This document shows, piece by piece, positions 1-12,437 of a stretch of 64,000 bases of DNA. Each line of letters starts with the position of its first letter. The first letter of the stretch is position 1. Position numbers and translations under genes: made by a program. Source of the DNA: Torpedo marmorata (lineage: Eukaryota); assembly GCA_977017645.1 (NCBI GenBank), contig OZ360254.1:30318001-30382000 (forward strand), given 5' to 3'. The notes beneath the pieces were generated by a model. That model did not search any database. It saw only the letters and a list, made by a program, of their open reading frames with translations, and was not told where the DNA came from.

Positions 1-389
1 GCTGCAATCTTAAGGGTTCTTTGCACCAATACTGCTACCAGTTTATTAAATTCCAGATTTATTTTGAGCAGGCTTTTAATTCCTTTGCTGCAGAAGTGGA
101 ATTTTAATTTCTCAGAGGGCAATTAGTCAAGGAGTTAACTAATTCCATAATGTGACCACTGCTATGCAGCCCTTCAATTCCAATCATTTGTTTAATAAAC
201 TTGCCCAACCAGGTGAGTTGTTATCTAGTTACACAGGTGGCTGCAGAGGGGCTGCATAAAAGTTCACTTGCAGCACATTGTCAGCTGAGTGTCGTCAAAG
301 TTGTCCCCGTGCTTTTCTCATGATGTTAGAATCATTAAACCAGTTAGCTCAGAGGTGATTTATTCAAATCCAAATAAAATAACTAATTA

Positions 390-563
390 CAGTAAAACCA
401 CTGTTATCCAGAATTCAAGCAACCGGCAAAACAAATAGGTAAAAAATACGGATGTTTAAAATTGGCGCACCTCGCCGTTAGTTCGCCAATCACGCCACAC
501 GCAATCTCAAGCAACTGAAAAATTCACTTAATCCGGCATCTACTAATCCCCAGGGTTTCACTG
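390..563. mobile_element. Tc1/mariner-superfamily (Tigger-like) MITE; sister copy in opposite orientation at about 8560-8783
   Basis: CAGTAAAACC...GGTTTCACTG termini, TA on the left flank; internal sequence is the reverse complement of 8560-8783. Confidence 0.6.
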
Positions 564-783
564 CATTTGATAACTAAAGAGTAATTAATAATCTCTCTTT
601 GTTACCTTTAAAACATTTTCCCTTGATATTTTTTCCACTTTGCCAGTTTTTAATAATGTCAATGCTGAACAAAGGCAGGGTTTACAGCTTAGAGGTTTAA
701 CCAATGTTCTGTTCGTTGAAATATAGAATAATAAGGTTGAAGTGTGGGTAATGTCCACACAAATGTTGCTTGTTTAGCAGCTA

Positions 784-1015
784 TTTAAATTTAGACATAC
801 AGCACGGTAACCGGCCCTTTCAGCCCACGAGCCCGTGATGCCCAATTACACCCAATTAACCTCCACCCCTGGTACGTTTTGGATGGTGGGAGGAAACCGG
901 AGTCCCCGGGAAAAACCCACGCAGAGACGGGGAGAACATACAAACTCCTTGCAGACAGCACGGGATTCGAACCCCGGTCACTGGCGCTGTAACAGCGTTG
1001 CGCTAACCGTGCTAC
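784..1015 (-). mobile_element. tRNA-derived V-SINE (HE1-like)
   Basis: B box GGTTCGAATCC, V-domain TCTGCGTGGGTTTTCCCCGGG..TCCGGTTTCCTCCCAC, CR1-like tail ending ctaaatttaaa. Confidence 0.8.
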
Positions 1016-1208
1016 CCAGCACGGTTCTAGCAGAACAGGTACTGGAAAGGAGGATTGACAGTGTTGCTCTTCAAAAGGATCCCTTAAACTAAAAGTAATG
1101 AACAATGTGCATGTACTCTCCCTGCTGTTGCAACTTAAATTCATTGTCTGTTACTAGAATTTGAGTCTTTGTTATATATGTACTAATGCACCATAATATT
1201 TTCCTTAG

Positions 1209-1284
1209 GTACAGTGTATTTAAACTCCACTGGCTGATGGCTGCCTTGGCATTCACTAAGTCCACCTCCATACTGTTCCATGCT
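1209..1284 (+). CDS. GPR108: GPR108 coding exon (first in window): YSVFKLHWLMAALAFTKSTSILFHA
   Basis: ttccttAG acceptor, GTAAGT donor; peptide matches the GPR107/108 (LUSTR, lung 7TM) family; YSVFK..AALAFTKS favours GPR108 over GPR107. Confidence 0.9.
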
Positions 1285-1439
1285 GTAAGTACAAGGCTAC
1301 GTAATGGTGGTACTCACTTCAAGCAAGTTTCTGCCGTTCCCACAAGAAGTTCTTTGATTAGCTTTCTCATTCGCCCAGATTTGAAAGCTGGCGTACCAGA
1401 AGTGGCGCAGGAACAAGCCAGCCATTAGCTCTTAGAATC

Positions 1440-1683
1440 ACCCTTTATCACCCTTTGTCTGTTGGTCTGTGCTCCTCTCCCTGCCCTTTTTATTTCTTTC
1501 TCTCCAGCCTTTTAATTTGGGTGCCTGCCTGCTTTTTACTCACATCTTGAAGAAGGGCTCAGGCCCGAAACGTCAGTTATACATCTTTACCTCCTATGGA
1601 CGCTGCGAAACCTGCTGAGTTCCTCCAGCATTTCTGTGTTTTTATTACAATCATAGCATCTGCAGACTTTTGTGTTTCACTCA
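1440..1683 (+). mobile_element. Penelope-like element terminal-repeat fragment with hammerhead-like motif
   Basis: Shares sequence with the tail of the GIY-YIG-coding fragment at 2399-2982. Confidence 0.7.
1547..1574 (+). ncRNA. Minimal hammerhead-ribozyme-like motif
   Basis: TTGAAGA-A-GGGC(TCAG)GCCC-GAAA-CGTC: C3U variant of CUGANGA, 4-bp stem II, GAAA, palindromic ACGT stem III, GUC triplet. Stem I is weak in this copy. Confidence 0.55.
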
Positions 1684-1814
1684 GAAGCTTGGCCATATTA
1701 GCTGAGATTATCAGGATTAGGCTGCAGCAATTGTCCTTGGTCTAATAGAATATCGATGAAGAATTATACTTTTCCAAATCACCGTCCACTCTCCCATGCT
1801 GGAAGTAGAGAAAG

Positions 1815-2112
1815 AGCTGGATAGAGTGGGCGTGGGGCAGATGTTGTCAGTAGTGGGAGAGTCTAGGACCAGAGGACACAGCATCCCTTTAGAAGAGAGA
1901 TGAGGAGAAATTTCTTCAGCTAGAGAGTGGGGAACCTGTGGAATTCGTTGCCACAGATGGCTGTGGAGGCCAAGTCATTGGGTATATTTAGAGCGGAGGT
2001 TGATTGGTTCTCGGTGAGTAAGGTTATGGGGAGAAGGCAGGAGAATGAGGTTGAGAGGGAAAATACATCAGCTATGATTTGAATGGCCTATTTCTGGTCC
2101 TCTGTCTTATGG
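1815..2112 (+). mobile_element. CR1 LINE 3' fragment
   Basis: Degenerate ESRTRGH..RRNFFSQRV..LWNSLP coding tail plus 3' UTR. Confidence 0.7.
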
Positions 2113-2398
2113 TATTGAAATTGTGTTCCATTGTACTTGTGTGTAAGGCAATAAACTTTCATCTCATCGTCTTGTGGCGACCTCCACCTGCACAGGCTGC
2201 TGTTGCACACTTTGCTGTAATATTAAGGATCGAGATTTGGCTGAGGTATTGTAGTCCCAGGGGGTCTATGATGCAAAGGCTCTGCAAACTTATACCTATT
2301 TTGGGGAATAATTTGATCCCCATGCTGTTTGCACAAAGTTCAGTTCCATTCACAATCATCGTCAAATGAAGCAGCCACGCCTGTGTCAGGCAATAAAA

Positions 2399-2982
2399 GT
2401 GAAACCACAATGCTGGAGAAACTCAGCAAGTCAAACAGTATACTTTATATAGCAAAGATAAAGATACATAACCAACGTTTCGGGCCTGAGCCCTTTCATC
2501 GAGGTATGAGCAAAATGTAGGCAGACTCCTGAATAAAATGGTGGGGAGGGATGGGCAGGAGAAGGAGCACAGGCCCACAGGCAGGAGGTAATTGGTGGAT
2601 AAGAGAGGGAGGGTACACCAGCAAACAAGGGGAAAGGGGGGTGGCTCTGTGAATGGAGAGGGAAGGAATGGAGAGCTGGAGGAAAGGAGAAACAGGGATA
2701 GAGATGGGGAAGGAGGGGAGAGCGGGGAGTGGGCTGGCAGAAACCGGAGCAGTCAATGTTAATGCCATCCGGTTGGAGAGCGCCCAGACGGAATATTAGG
2801 TGTTGCTTCTCCAATTTACCGGAGACCTTGGTTTGGCAGTGCATGAGGCCATGGACAGACATGTCATCACGGGAGTGGGGCACAGAATTGAAATGGTTGG
2901 CCACTGGGAGATCCCTGTCACTGATGCAGACAGAGGGAAGGTGCTCAGCGAAACGATCTCCCAGTCTGTGTCCGGTCTCTCA
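2399..2982 (-). mobile_element. Penelope-like retroelement 3' fragment (GIY-YIG endonuclease C-terminus and terminal repeat)
   Basis: ORF 2431..2904 ANHFNS..H..DMSVHGL..KLEKQHLIFRLGALQPDGINID is the PLE endonuclease C-terminus; hammerhead-like motif at about 2474-2503. Confidence 0.85.
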
Positions 2983-3119
2983 GACCATCTCCTGCAAGAG
3001 ACTATCTCGCCACGTACCTGTGGCAATAGCAATGGTATTGCATGTCCACCATCAACGTCCTTGGTTCAGGGAGGGGGATCGCCATTGATCAAGAGCTTAA
3101 TTAAACCAGCAAGGTAAAT

Positions 3120-4670
3120 ACTATGATGACAAGGGCAGGTCGGAGGCTTGGTACCCTGATGCGAGTGATTCCTGCCTCCTGAAGCCCTTTGCAACTCTGA
3201 ATACTCGACTTTCCTGGATAAGTGCAGCAGCAGCATCTCTCGAGCTCGACACCATCCAGGGCAAAGAGCTTGCTTGATTGGTATCCCATCAATTACCCTA
3301 AGCGCTAAAGACGAGCACTCAACAGCACAAGGACAGCTTCTTCCCCGCTGCCATCAGATTCCTGAATAATCAATGAACCAAAGACACTGCCTTACTTTTC
3401 GTGCACTATTATTTATATTTTTTTTATAGTAATGTCATGATAGTTATAATATGAATGTTTGCACTATGATGCTGCCGCAAAACACCGAATTTCATGACTT
3501 GTTCATGACAATAAATTCTGATTCTGATTTTCCCTCACTCATAGTGCACTGCCGTGTCATTTACCAAGTGCACTGCAGTTACTCAGCCAGGCTTTCTGAC
3601 AGCATCTCCTCAACCAACAACCTCCATCTGACTGCAGGTCCTCAACCAACACCCTCCATCTGACTGCAGGTCCTCAACCAACACCCTCCATCTGACTGCA
3701 GGTCCTCAACCAACACCCTCCATCTGACTGCAGGTCCTCAACCAACACCCTCCATCTGACAGCACCTCCTCAACCAACACCCTCCATCTGACAGCACCTC
3801 CTCAACCAACACCCTCCATCTGACTGCAGGTCCTCAACCAACACCCTCCATCTGACTGCAGGTCCTCAACCAACACCCTCCATCTGACTGCAGGTCCTCA
3901 ACCAACACCCTCCATCTGACAGCACCTCCTCAACCAACACCCTCCATCTGACTGCAGGTCCTCAACCAACACCCTCCATCTGACTGCAGGTCCTCAACCA
4001 ACACCCTCCATCTGACAGCATCTCCTCAACCAACACCCTCCATCTGACTGCAGGCCCTCAACCAACACCCTCCATCTGACAGCACCTCCTCAACCAACAC
4101 CCTCCATCTGACTGCAGGTCCTCAACCAACACCCTCCATCTGACTGCAGGTCCTCAACCAACACCCTCCATCTGACTGCAGGTCCTCAACCAACACCCTC
4201 CATCTGACTGCAGGTCCTCAACCAACACCCTCCATCTGACTGCAGGTCCTCAACCAACACCCTCCATCTGACTGCAGGTCCTCAACCAACACCCTCCATC
4301 TGACTGCAGGTCCTCAACCAACACCCTCCATCTGACTGCAGGTCCTCAACCAACAACCTCCATCTGACTGCAGGTCCTCAACCAACAACCTCCATCTGAC
4401 TGCAGGTCCTCAACCAACCACCTCCATCACTAGAGCACTTGTGTATTTCAACTAGTTTCCTGCTCCCTTTAAACTCCCTGGGTTCACTAGAAAATTCATT
4501 CCGTGGCTGTGTAATTTGTTTAAAGTGTAATACAAGTGACATCCAACAGTCCAATCCAACATCCCAAGGATGGAGTTTGACCAAAAGGACTTCAGCGGTT
4601 CAAGCAGGCTGCTCACTTCTCAAGGCAATGAACGCTAGCCTTGCTGGAGATCACAGATCCTCAAAATTAA
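3120..4670 (+). mobile_element. Old CR1/L2-group LINE remnant interrupted by a Rex1 tail (about 3308-3528) and a minisatellite
   Basis: Degenerate ELDTIQ coding remnant, tail cagcggttcaag..gctcac..ctcaagg; related pieces at about 46480-46910 and 56880-57050. Confidence 0.5.
3594..4428. repeat. 32-bp minisatellite, about 26 copies (CTCAACCAACACCCTCCATCTGACTGCAGGTC)
   Basis: Direct 32-bp periodicity with two main unit variants (TGCAGGTC or AGCACCTC). Confidence 0.97.
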
Positions 4671-4679
4671 TGTGAAAAT

Positions 4680-5200
4680 ATAGAACATTACAGCACAGTA
4701 CAGGCCCTTCTGCCCACGATGTTGTACTGACCCATATAAACCTACCAACAAAAAAAAACAACTAAACCCTCCCTACCCCATAACCCTCTATTTTTCTTTC
4801 ATCCATGTACCTGTCTAAGAGTCTCTTGAATGCCCCTGTTCCAGCCTCCACCAACACCCCTGACAATTCATGATAGGCACCCATAACTCTCTGTGTAAAC
4901 AAAAAAACACACACTTACACCTGATGTCTCCCCTAAACCTTCCTCCCTTCATTTTGGACAGATGTCCTCTAATGTTTGCTGCTCCCGCCCTGGGAAACAA
5001 TTGCTGGCTGTCCACCTTATCTAGGTCTGTCATGATCTTGCAGACCTCTATTAAGTCACCTCTCACCCTCCTACCTTGCCTCATAAGACATATTTTCCAA
5101 TCCAGGCAACATCCTGGTAAATCTCCTCTGCACCCTCTCCATAGCTTCCACATCCTTCCTGTAATGAATTGAACACAATGCTCTTACTGTGGTCTCAATA
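4680..5200 (-). mobile_element. CR1 LINE 3' fragment
   Basis: ORF 4815..5153 RRVRGDLIEVCKIM; CR1 3' UTR. Confidence 0.75.
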
Positions 5201-5844
5201 GTTTAAGAAAAAAAATCAGGCGTATGATAATAATAAAGTCTGAGTTTCAGTAGTCTGAGTCACTGATTACTTGAAACTTCGACATCATCCTTATAAGATG
5301 AATGTGTATTGACAGCGATATCCTCCACTGTTTTAACAAGCAGGGTGCATGCCTGCATTAAACCAGGATAATAAAACACAGAATGAAGGAAAGAGAACTT
5401 GTGATGCAAATTACTACTAATTCCCCAAATAAAAGCAGGGTAGTTTCTCAAGGAAATGCAGTGATGGTTCCAGACAAATTACCAGCATGAAATTGATCTG
5501 TCATTTACAACAGTCCATTCACTAGGCTTGACTGATGGGAATTATCCAGTAATTTCCTCTATTTATAGCTCTAACAGATGCTTGGATAAGAGCTTCCTAA
5601 AGCCCCAAGTGTTGACGGATTTGTTCTTTAATGGATTGATTTATTTGTGTAACTTGATTCCATCCCTCTGTCCTGTAACGTGGATGAATTTGAGATAAAT
5701 TCAGGGTATCCTTTTTCTTCTTCTTTCTTTGTTTCTACAGCTACAACATTACAAGACACAAAATACACAGAGCTACAACTAAAAACCACCATTAACATGT
5801 GGCAAAAACTCGCGAGAAGTAGTAATCACTACTGCCTCTCTATT

Positions 5845-6345
5845 ACTCAGTATTTCACATCAAACTAAAACACTATTTTCTCCGTCAACCACACATGCGT
5901 TCCCCTGGGGGGGGGGCCACCGTCCCCTCGGACACCGCGTGCTCCCGCTCCAACACCGCACGGGCCCGCACGTAACCCCGAAAGAGGGGCAGGCATTCGG
6001 CTAGCCCCCACACCCTCGACCGCCCGCCGCCTCGACCCCTGAGTAGCCAGTTTCGCCAGGCCCAACAACAACCCCACAAGGAGATCTTCCAACCCCCCCC
6101 CTCCGCACTGGGCGACCGCAGTTCAGGAGCGTTCAGCCAGAATTTGAGGAGCAGCCCCTTCAGGGAGGCAAAGAGGGGCTGCGACCTCACACACTCCACA
6201 AAGATGTGGTACACCGTCTCTTCCCGGCTGCAGAACTGACAGGCGGCCGGGGTGTCGGTGAACCGACTCAGAAAGCGTTTACACAGCACTGCTCGATGCA
6301 ACACTCTCCACCCCAGGTTCCCGATGTAAAGGGGAGGGCTCCTGC
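5845..6345 (-). mobile_element. Tx1-clade (L1 group) ORF2 3' fragment
   Basis: LGWRVLHRAV..CQFCSREETVYHIFVEC zinc-knuckle region; GC-rich. Confidence 0.8.
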
Positions 6346-6416
6346 GATTAAGGGTATCCCTTCTGCAGTGTGACCCAGCTTGGCTCAAAGACCCTGATAA
6401 AGCAGCAGAAATGGTA

Positions 6417-6787
6417 CCGTATATACTAGTGTTAAAGTCGATACATGTAAAAGTCGACCCCCCCTTATTTTTGACCCAAAAGTCTGGAATTTTCCATCTA
6501 TCACGTGTAAAAGTCGACCCTAGACTCTCACTTTGGCCCCCGCTGCCCGCAGGCTGGTGCTCCCGACAGCTCGGTCGCGAACTGACACCTAGGCCCCGGC
6601 CGCCCGCCCTTCGGAGCTCCCGACACCTCGAACGTGGACTCTCGTCTCAGCCGCCCTCCCATCGGAACTTCTGACGACGCAGACACTTACCGCGGCCAAA
6701 ATTAGTCTCCATGCAATAGTCGACCCAATTAATTTAACGTTTAAAAAATGGTGTACAAAATTCGACTTTTACACGAGTACATGCGGT
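6417..6787. mobile_element. Tc2/pogo-like MITE, TA-flanked, TIR CCGTATATACTCGTGTAA
   Basis: TIRs at both ends; family copies at about 39513-39745, 40508-40640, 44646-44945, 47000-47312. Confidence 0.7.
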
Positions 6788-7124
6788 ATGTACTTTAAAG
6801 AGTCATACAGCATAGAACTGGTCCTTTAGCGCAGCCATTCTCAATGGGGGCCACAACGCATTCGAGGAGGTCCACGAACTGAAATCATAAATACTTTTTG
6901 TTGTTTATGTAGTCGGTAGGAGAGAAGTACAGAAGAAACCAACTAAACTTGACTGCTTCACAGGGAAGGGGGCCTATAAACTTTGAGCAGAGTCCTAAGT
7001 GGGGGGGGGGCATAGCCAAGTCTGCACTAACTTTCAAGCACCCATTGACACTAACCCTACATTAATCCCATTTCGTTTTCCCCATAACTCTCTCCAGGTT
7101 CTATCATTAACCTATACACTGGAG

Positions 7125-7404
7125 CAGGGGAGGCCAAACGTTTTTCGTTATGGGCCACATACAGAAAAATATAAGGAGTCACGGGTCAAACCATATTAAG
7201 CCCGGCAGTTTTCAACCACCGTCGACTCCTTTAACATGCCGTTTAAAGCCTGTACAGAGCCGATGGCAGTCGGACTGGGCGGTTGGACCCCGCAGGGGAG
7301 CGCTGAGACTTCGATCTCCGCGGGTCCGCACCAGCGGCAACGCTGCCATTTTTTTTTTCTAACGGGCCGCAGTTGGCCCAGGGGCCATAGTTTAGCCACC
7401 CCTG
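7125..7404. mobile_element. hAT (Charlie-like) MITE inserted in a SINE
   Basis: CAGGGG..GCCAAAC termini; 8-bp TSD CACTGGAG/CACTTGAG; ends match the element at 60488-61689. Confidence 0.8.
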
Positions 7405-7621
7405 CACTTGAGGGAATTTAGAGTGTCTAATTAACCTATCAAGACCTACATCTTTGGGACGTGGGATCAAGCTGGGGAAACGCGTGCAGTCGCAAGGAGA
7501 GCATGCAAACCCCACGCGGAGACTAGGATTGAACCCGGGTTAGTGAGCCGCTGTGTTGCCTCTCCTCTCAAATTCAATAAAATGTTTGCTGCTATTATAT
7601 TAATTATGTTCTTATTTCCAG

Positions 7622-7695
7622 ATCAACTACTATTTCATTTCTGTCAAAGGATCAGCGATAGAAGGGTGGGCTGTGATGTACTACATTACCCATCT
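7622..7695 (+). CDS. GPR108: GPR108 exon: INYYFISVKGSAIEGWAVMYYITHL
   Basis: tttccAG / GTAAGT boundaries; phase continues from the previous exon; IEGWAVMYYITH motif. Confidence 0.92.
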
Positions 7696-7817
7696 GTAAG
7701 TATTTATTTGGCACAGGCCTCGATCGACAGTGAAAGCTAAAGTCCCAGAAGCATTAAAATATCCATCTGAGAGCTTGAATCCACCCCAAGGTTGAGATTG
7801 GACCAAACACTCTATGG

Positions 7818-7951
7818 CAGCGGTTCTCCACCTTATTTTTTCCCACTCACACACCACCTTAAGTAATCCTTTACTAACCACAGAGCACCTGTGTAACAGG
7901 GGTTTGTTTCACTGTATGTGAGTGGGGGGAAAAAAAGGTGGAGAATCACTG
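7818..7951. mobile_element. hAT MITE
   Basis: CAGCGGTTCTCCACCTT / AAGGTGGAGAATCACTG TIRs; TSD CTCTATGG/CGCTATGG. Confidence 0.8.
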
Positions 7952-8799
7952 CGCTATGGCTTATGAAATGCTGGATAACGTTACTGGACCATTCCCTGCT
8001 CTAATTCCACTCTGTACCGAGGAAAATGAAGGCACCCCCACCAGAGGTAATGGTTGACCATTCCCCTACAGAGGATTCAAGTCTTGGATGGATATGGCAA
8101 GGATGCTAAAGATGTCTCAAAAGGTTATCTCTCCATATTGAAATAAAGTTGTCCAGGATTCCTGTTTATTATAAGTATTTGGTGAATGATCATTGGGTCT
8201 TACATAGCCTTCTTGTTCACTCTTTGTGTTCTGGCTAATACATTACCTCACAATCATTAAAAGCATATGATCCAGTTGTTATATGATTTGATATTTATGG
8301 GAATCTGTTGTAAGCAAAATGGCTGAACTCTCATTTATTATAACATTCTAAAGGTATTTTAAATGCTGTAAAGTTTGTTGAGACATCTTTGTCTATGAAC
8401 ACTGTGGTATAAATACATCTTTTTTTCCCCTTAATGAACCTCAGGTTCCTGAGCTTGAAACCGTATCAATTTATTAATTGAAATAACTTTCCTCATAGTG
8501 ATCATAACAAATGACTGCTAACTGATGAACTGCTCATACAAACCCTCTGTGACTCTACTATAGTAAAATCCCTGGTATCCGGCACCTATTGGTAGATGCC
8601 GGATAAGTGCATTTTCTGGTTGCTTGAGATTGCATGTTGCGTGATTGGCGAACTAACAGCGAGGTGTGCCAATTTTAAACTTCCGTATTTTTTACCTATT
8701 TTAGTTTCTGCGATTTATTTATTTTTTTGCCAGTTGCTTGAGGCTGCCAGTTGCTTGAATTACGTATAACGGGGGTTTCACTATTTATTTAACAATAAT

Positions 8800-9132
<333 letters not shown>

Positions 9133-10149
9133 TGAAATAGGAATTCTCTTTGTGTCTGCATTGAGTTTTAAGAATGCATGTTGGAAAAAAAAAATTAATA
9201 ACCTAACTTTGGTTACAATTGTTAAATGCTGTAAGGGTAATTAGTTCCCATTCCTTTACGGTGGTTCAGCTTCACAGCATGAGACATCCGGGTTCAGCAC
9301 TTGGGTGCTGTCTATGTGGAGCTTGTATGCCCTCCCTTTGAATGTATGGGTTTCCACCAGGGGCTGTTGTATAAGACAGGGAAACAGATCTTTTGGCCTC
9401 ATTTGTCTTTGCCAATCAGGTTACCTGAGCTAGTCCCACTTGCCTTAGTTTGGCCCTTACCCCTCTATACCTTTTCTGTCCATGTACCTGCCCAAATGTA
9501 TTATAAACATTGTAAGCATACATGCCTCTACTGCTTCCTCTGGCTGCTCGTTCCATATACCCACCACCCTCTGAGAGGAAGACGTTACCCCCCCTGCCCC
9601 TCAGGTTCCTTTTAAATCTTTTCCCTCTCACCTTCATTCTATACCAACTATATTCTTCCCTACCTTGGCAGGCCCTTGGATGGTGATTCTCGTTGGTTGT
9701 TCCACGCACCCTTGAGTGGCTCGTCGAAAGGGTACTTTGTAAGGCAGGTCGTCACGGCAACAGGCCATTCATCCCAAACCGTGCTGGCATTAGTGCTTCA
9801 TTTGAGCTGTCGTGGCCGCGCGCCCAAGTGGGCTTCGCAGAGGGCCGGTCGCCGCGGGTAACGCACCTGAGGCGACACGAGCATGCAAACGCGCACGCGT
9901 GGGCCAACAACGGGAGCAAGGACAGTGGGGAAGGAGCGAATCGGGCAGCACGGGGGCGTTGGAGAGAAGGGCAGGCTGGGAGCCTGACAAGGTTGGAAAT
10001 GGAGAATAAATGACGCAAGGTTGTTTGCTGAATTGAACACTGTGAATCCTCTTTATTTGTGCGGCAGGAGTTTAGCAGTTCCTACAAAGCTTCCTTCTAT
10101 CGTTCCATATCTAAATCTATCAGCATAATCCTTATTCCCAGCCTCTCCT

Positions 10150-10720
10150 TAATTGCACGTGGATGTGATGGTGAGGCCTCACTTGGAGTACACGGTACAG
10201 TTTTGAGCTCCTTATTTAAGAAAGGATGTGGTGGCATTGGTGAGGGTTCAGAAAAGATTCACAAGAACGATTCCTGGAATGAGGGGATTAGCATATGAGG
10301 AAAGTTTGACGGCTCCTGGACTGTACTCCTTGGAGTTCAGATGAGGGGGACCTTATAGAATGTTGAAAGGCCTGGACAGAGTAGATGTGGCAAAGTTGTT
10401 TCCACTTGTAGGAGAGTCGAGTGCAAGAGGGCACAACTTCAGGATTGAAGGGCGCCCATTTAAAACAGATGCGGAGGAATATCTTTAGCCAGAGATCGGT
10501 GAACCTCTGGAATTTGCTGCCATGGGCGGCTGTGGAGGCCAGGTCGTTGGGTGCATTTAAGGCAGAGATTGATAGGTATCTGAATAGTCAGGGGATCAAA
10601 GGTTATGGGGAGAAGGCCGGGGCGAGGGGTTGAGTGGGAGAATGGATCAGCTCATGATGGAATGGCGGGGTGGACTCAACGGGCCAAATGGCCAACTACT
10701 ATATCTTATGGTCCTTATGG
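10150..10720 (+). mobile_element. CR1 LINE 3' fragment
   Basis: ORF 10421..10633 RRNIFSQRSVNLWNLLP..FKAEIDRYL..GIKGYGEKAG. Confidence 0.8.
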
Positions 10721-12077
10721 CCGGCCTATGCACGTCAACCCCTTCTAGCTTGTTATTTTCACCACTCTGTGTAAAGAAGTTTATTTCAAAAATTCCTTTG
10801 ATTTCTTGATGGCTGTCTCATGTTGATGGCCTCTAGTTATGCTTATACTACGTAGAAATATTCTCTATCTACACAAACAATACTTCTCATAATTATAAAA
10901 CCCTCTGCTTTCTTTTCTCTGTTTGTTCTAACGGGATGTTTGTACCTTTGCTCCTCGAGCATCCTGCTTGCACGTCCTTTGTGCTGTAAGCCACATGCTG
11001 ACCATCTGCAGACTAATGCCATGGGGGCGCCAGATGCTGCCTGTCTTGCTTGAGTTCAGGCAGGCACTGATATGGAGGCTCCTGTGTAGGAGTTAGCAGC
11101 CCCACTTCTTTCCCCCATTGCTTGATTTTCAAGTTCAAGTTTATTGTCACACGTATCAAGTAAGAAAGTTTGTTGTGCGAGCATTCCAGATAGATATCCC
11201 ACAGACAATACAGCAAGTAAAGCACAGTTCAGGAGTCCGGAGTTACAGAGAGATAGATCAGTTAGTGTAGAGCAAAGACAACATATTTTCACCAGAGAGG
11301 TTCATTTAGGAGTCTGAGAACAGCAGGTATGAAACTGTCCTTGAAACTGGTCATTTCCGTCAACCAGGACACCAAGGCACCCAAAAGTCTGCACCTCCTG
11401 TCTCCACTAATTCAACATCTGGAATCAAATTAAGCCCCAATTATACACTGGCACTTTGCAGAACACCAATATGTTCCACACCAAATTTTAATGGAAACCA
11501 TTGAACTCAATGATTTGAAGAAATTGTACTTATTACAAATTAATTAAACTGGTTTTAAGGAAATAATCCACATGTCCAGGATTAAAATTAACGTTTTGAA
11601 GAACTTAAGATTTCTTGTTGAAATGTATTGAACATGTTTTGCTGTTTGAGTGGAGGAAACCTCTATTTTGCTGTGCCTTTCAGAGCGGTTCTGTTGACTG
11701 TGCGCCAGGTCAGGGGTCTAATAGGGCAAACAAAGGAATGGTAAAGCTGTAGGGAGTGTTGATGATCAACGTGACCTTGGTGTTCCAAGTCCAAAGATCT
11801 CTGAAGATGGCTGCACACAGTGGATAGGGTGTTGAAGAAGGCATACGGGATGTTTGCCTTCATTAGCCATAGTATGGGTTATCTGTGCAGGGAGGCCTTG
11901 AGAACTTTCTTCTGCCATAGGTGATGAATCTGTGGCATTCGTTGCCAAAGATAGCTGTGGAGGCCAAGTCATTGGGTATATTTAAAGCAGAGATTGATAG
12001 GTTCTTGATAGCATCAGGGAGAAGGCGGGAGAATGGGGTTGAAAGGTAAAATACATCATCCTTGATTTGAATGGCGG

Positions 12078-12437
12078 TGAGAATGTAAGTTTTAAATTCC
12101 ATTCTTTTGTTATCAGCTGATAACAACCTCCTTATTTGGTAAGGTAGTAAAACACTATTAACCATTGGGTAAGGTACACGACCCTGATTAACAAATCCCA
12201 AGAGAATTCTAAGGAATCTGTACTTGTATGGAGCAGTCTGTTCGAATGTTCGAGAGACCGAGGGGTCTGAAGGTATAAAAGAATGAATAGTTAGCCACGA
12301 GGGGGCCTCTCTTGATAGCCAGACAAGCTGCTTGTGGCAGTGCTTCTTGCTGTAACAGAGTTCTCACGCTTTGCAAAATGATTATAAGTTTGTTTGTGCA
12401 GCTGTATTCGTGTTTGCTTTCAAACAACCCTTTAACA
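12078..12437 (+). mobile_element. Solo LTR (retrovirus-like), 360 bp, inserted in a CR1 3' UTR
   Basis: TG...CA ends (TGAGAA..TTTAACA), 4-bp TSD GCGG/GTGG, TATAAAA at 12274; the CR1 tail resumes after it. Confidence 0.65.

Noticed and set aside
3594-4428. CRISPR-like array
   Set aside because: Head-to-tail 32-bp units with no unique spacers, no cas genes and a eukaryotic context; it is a minisatellite.
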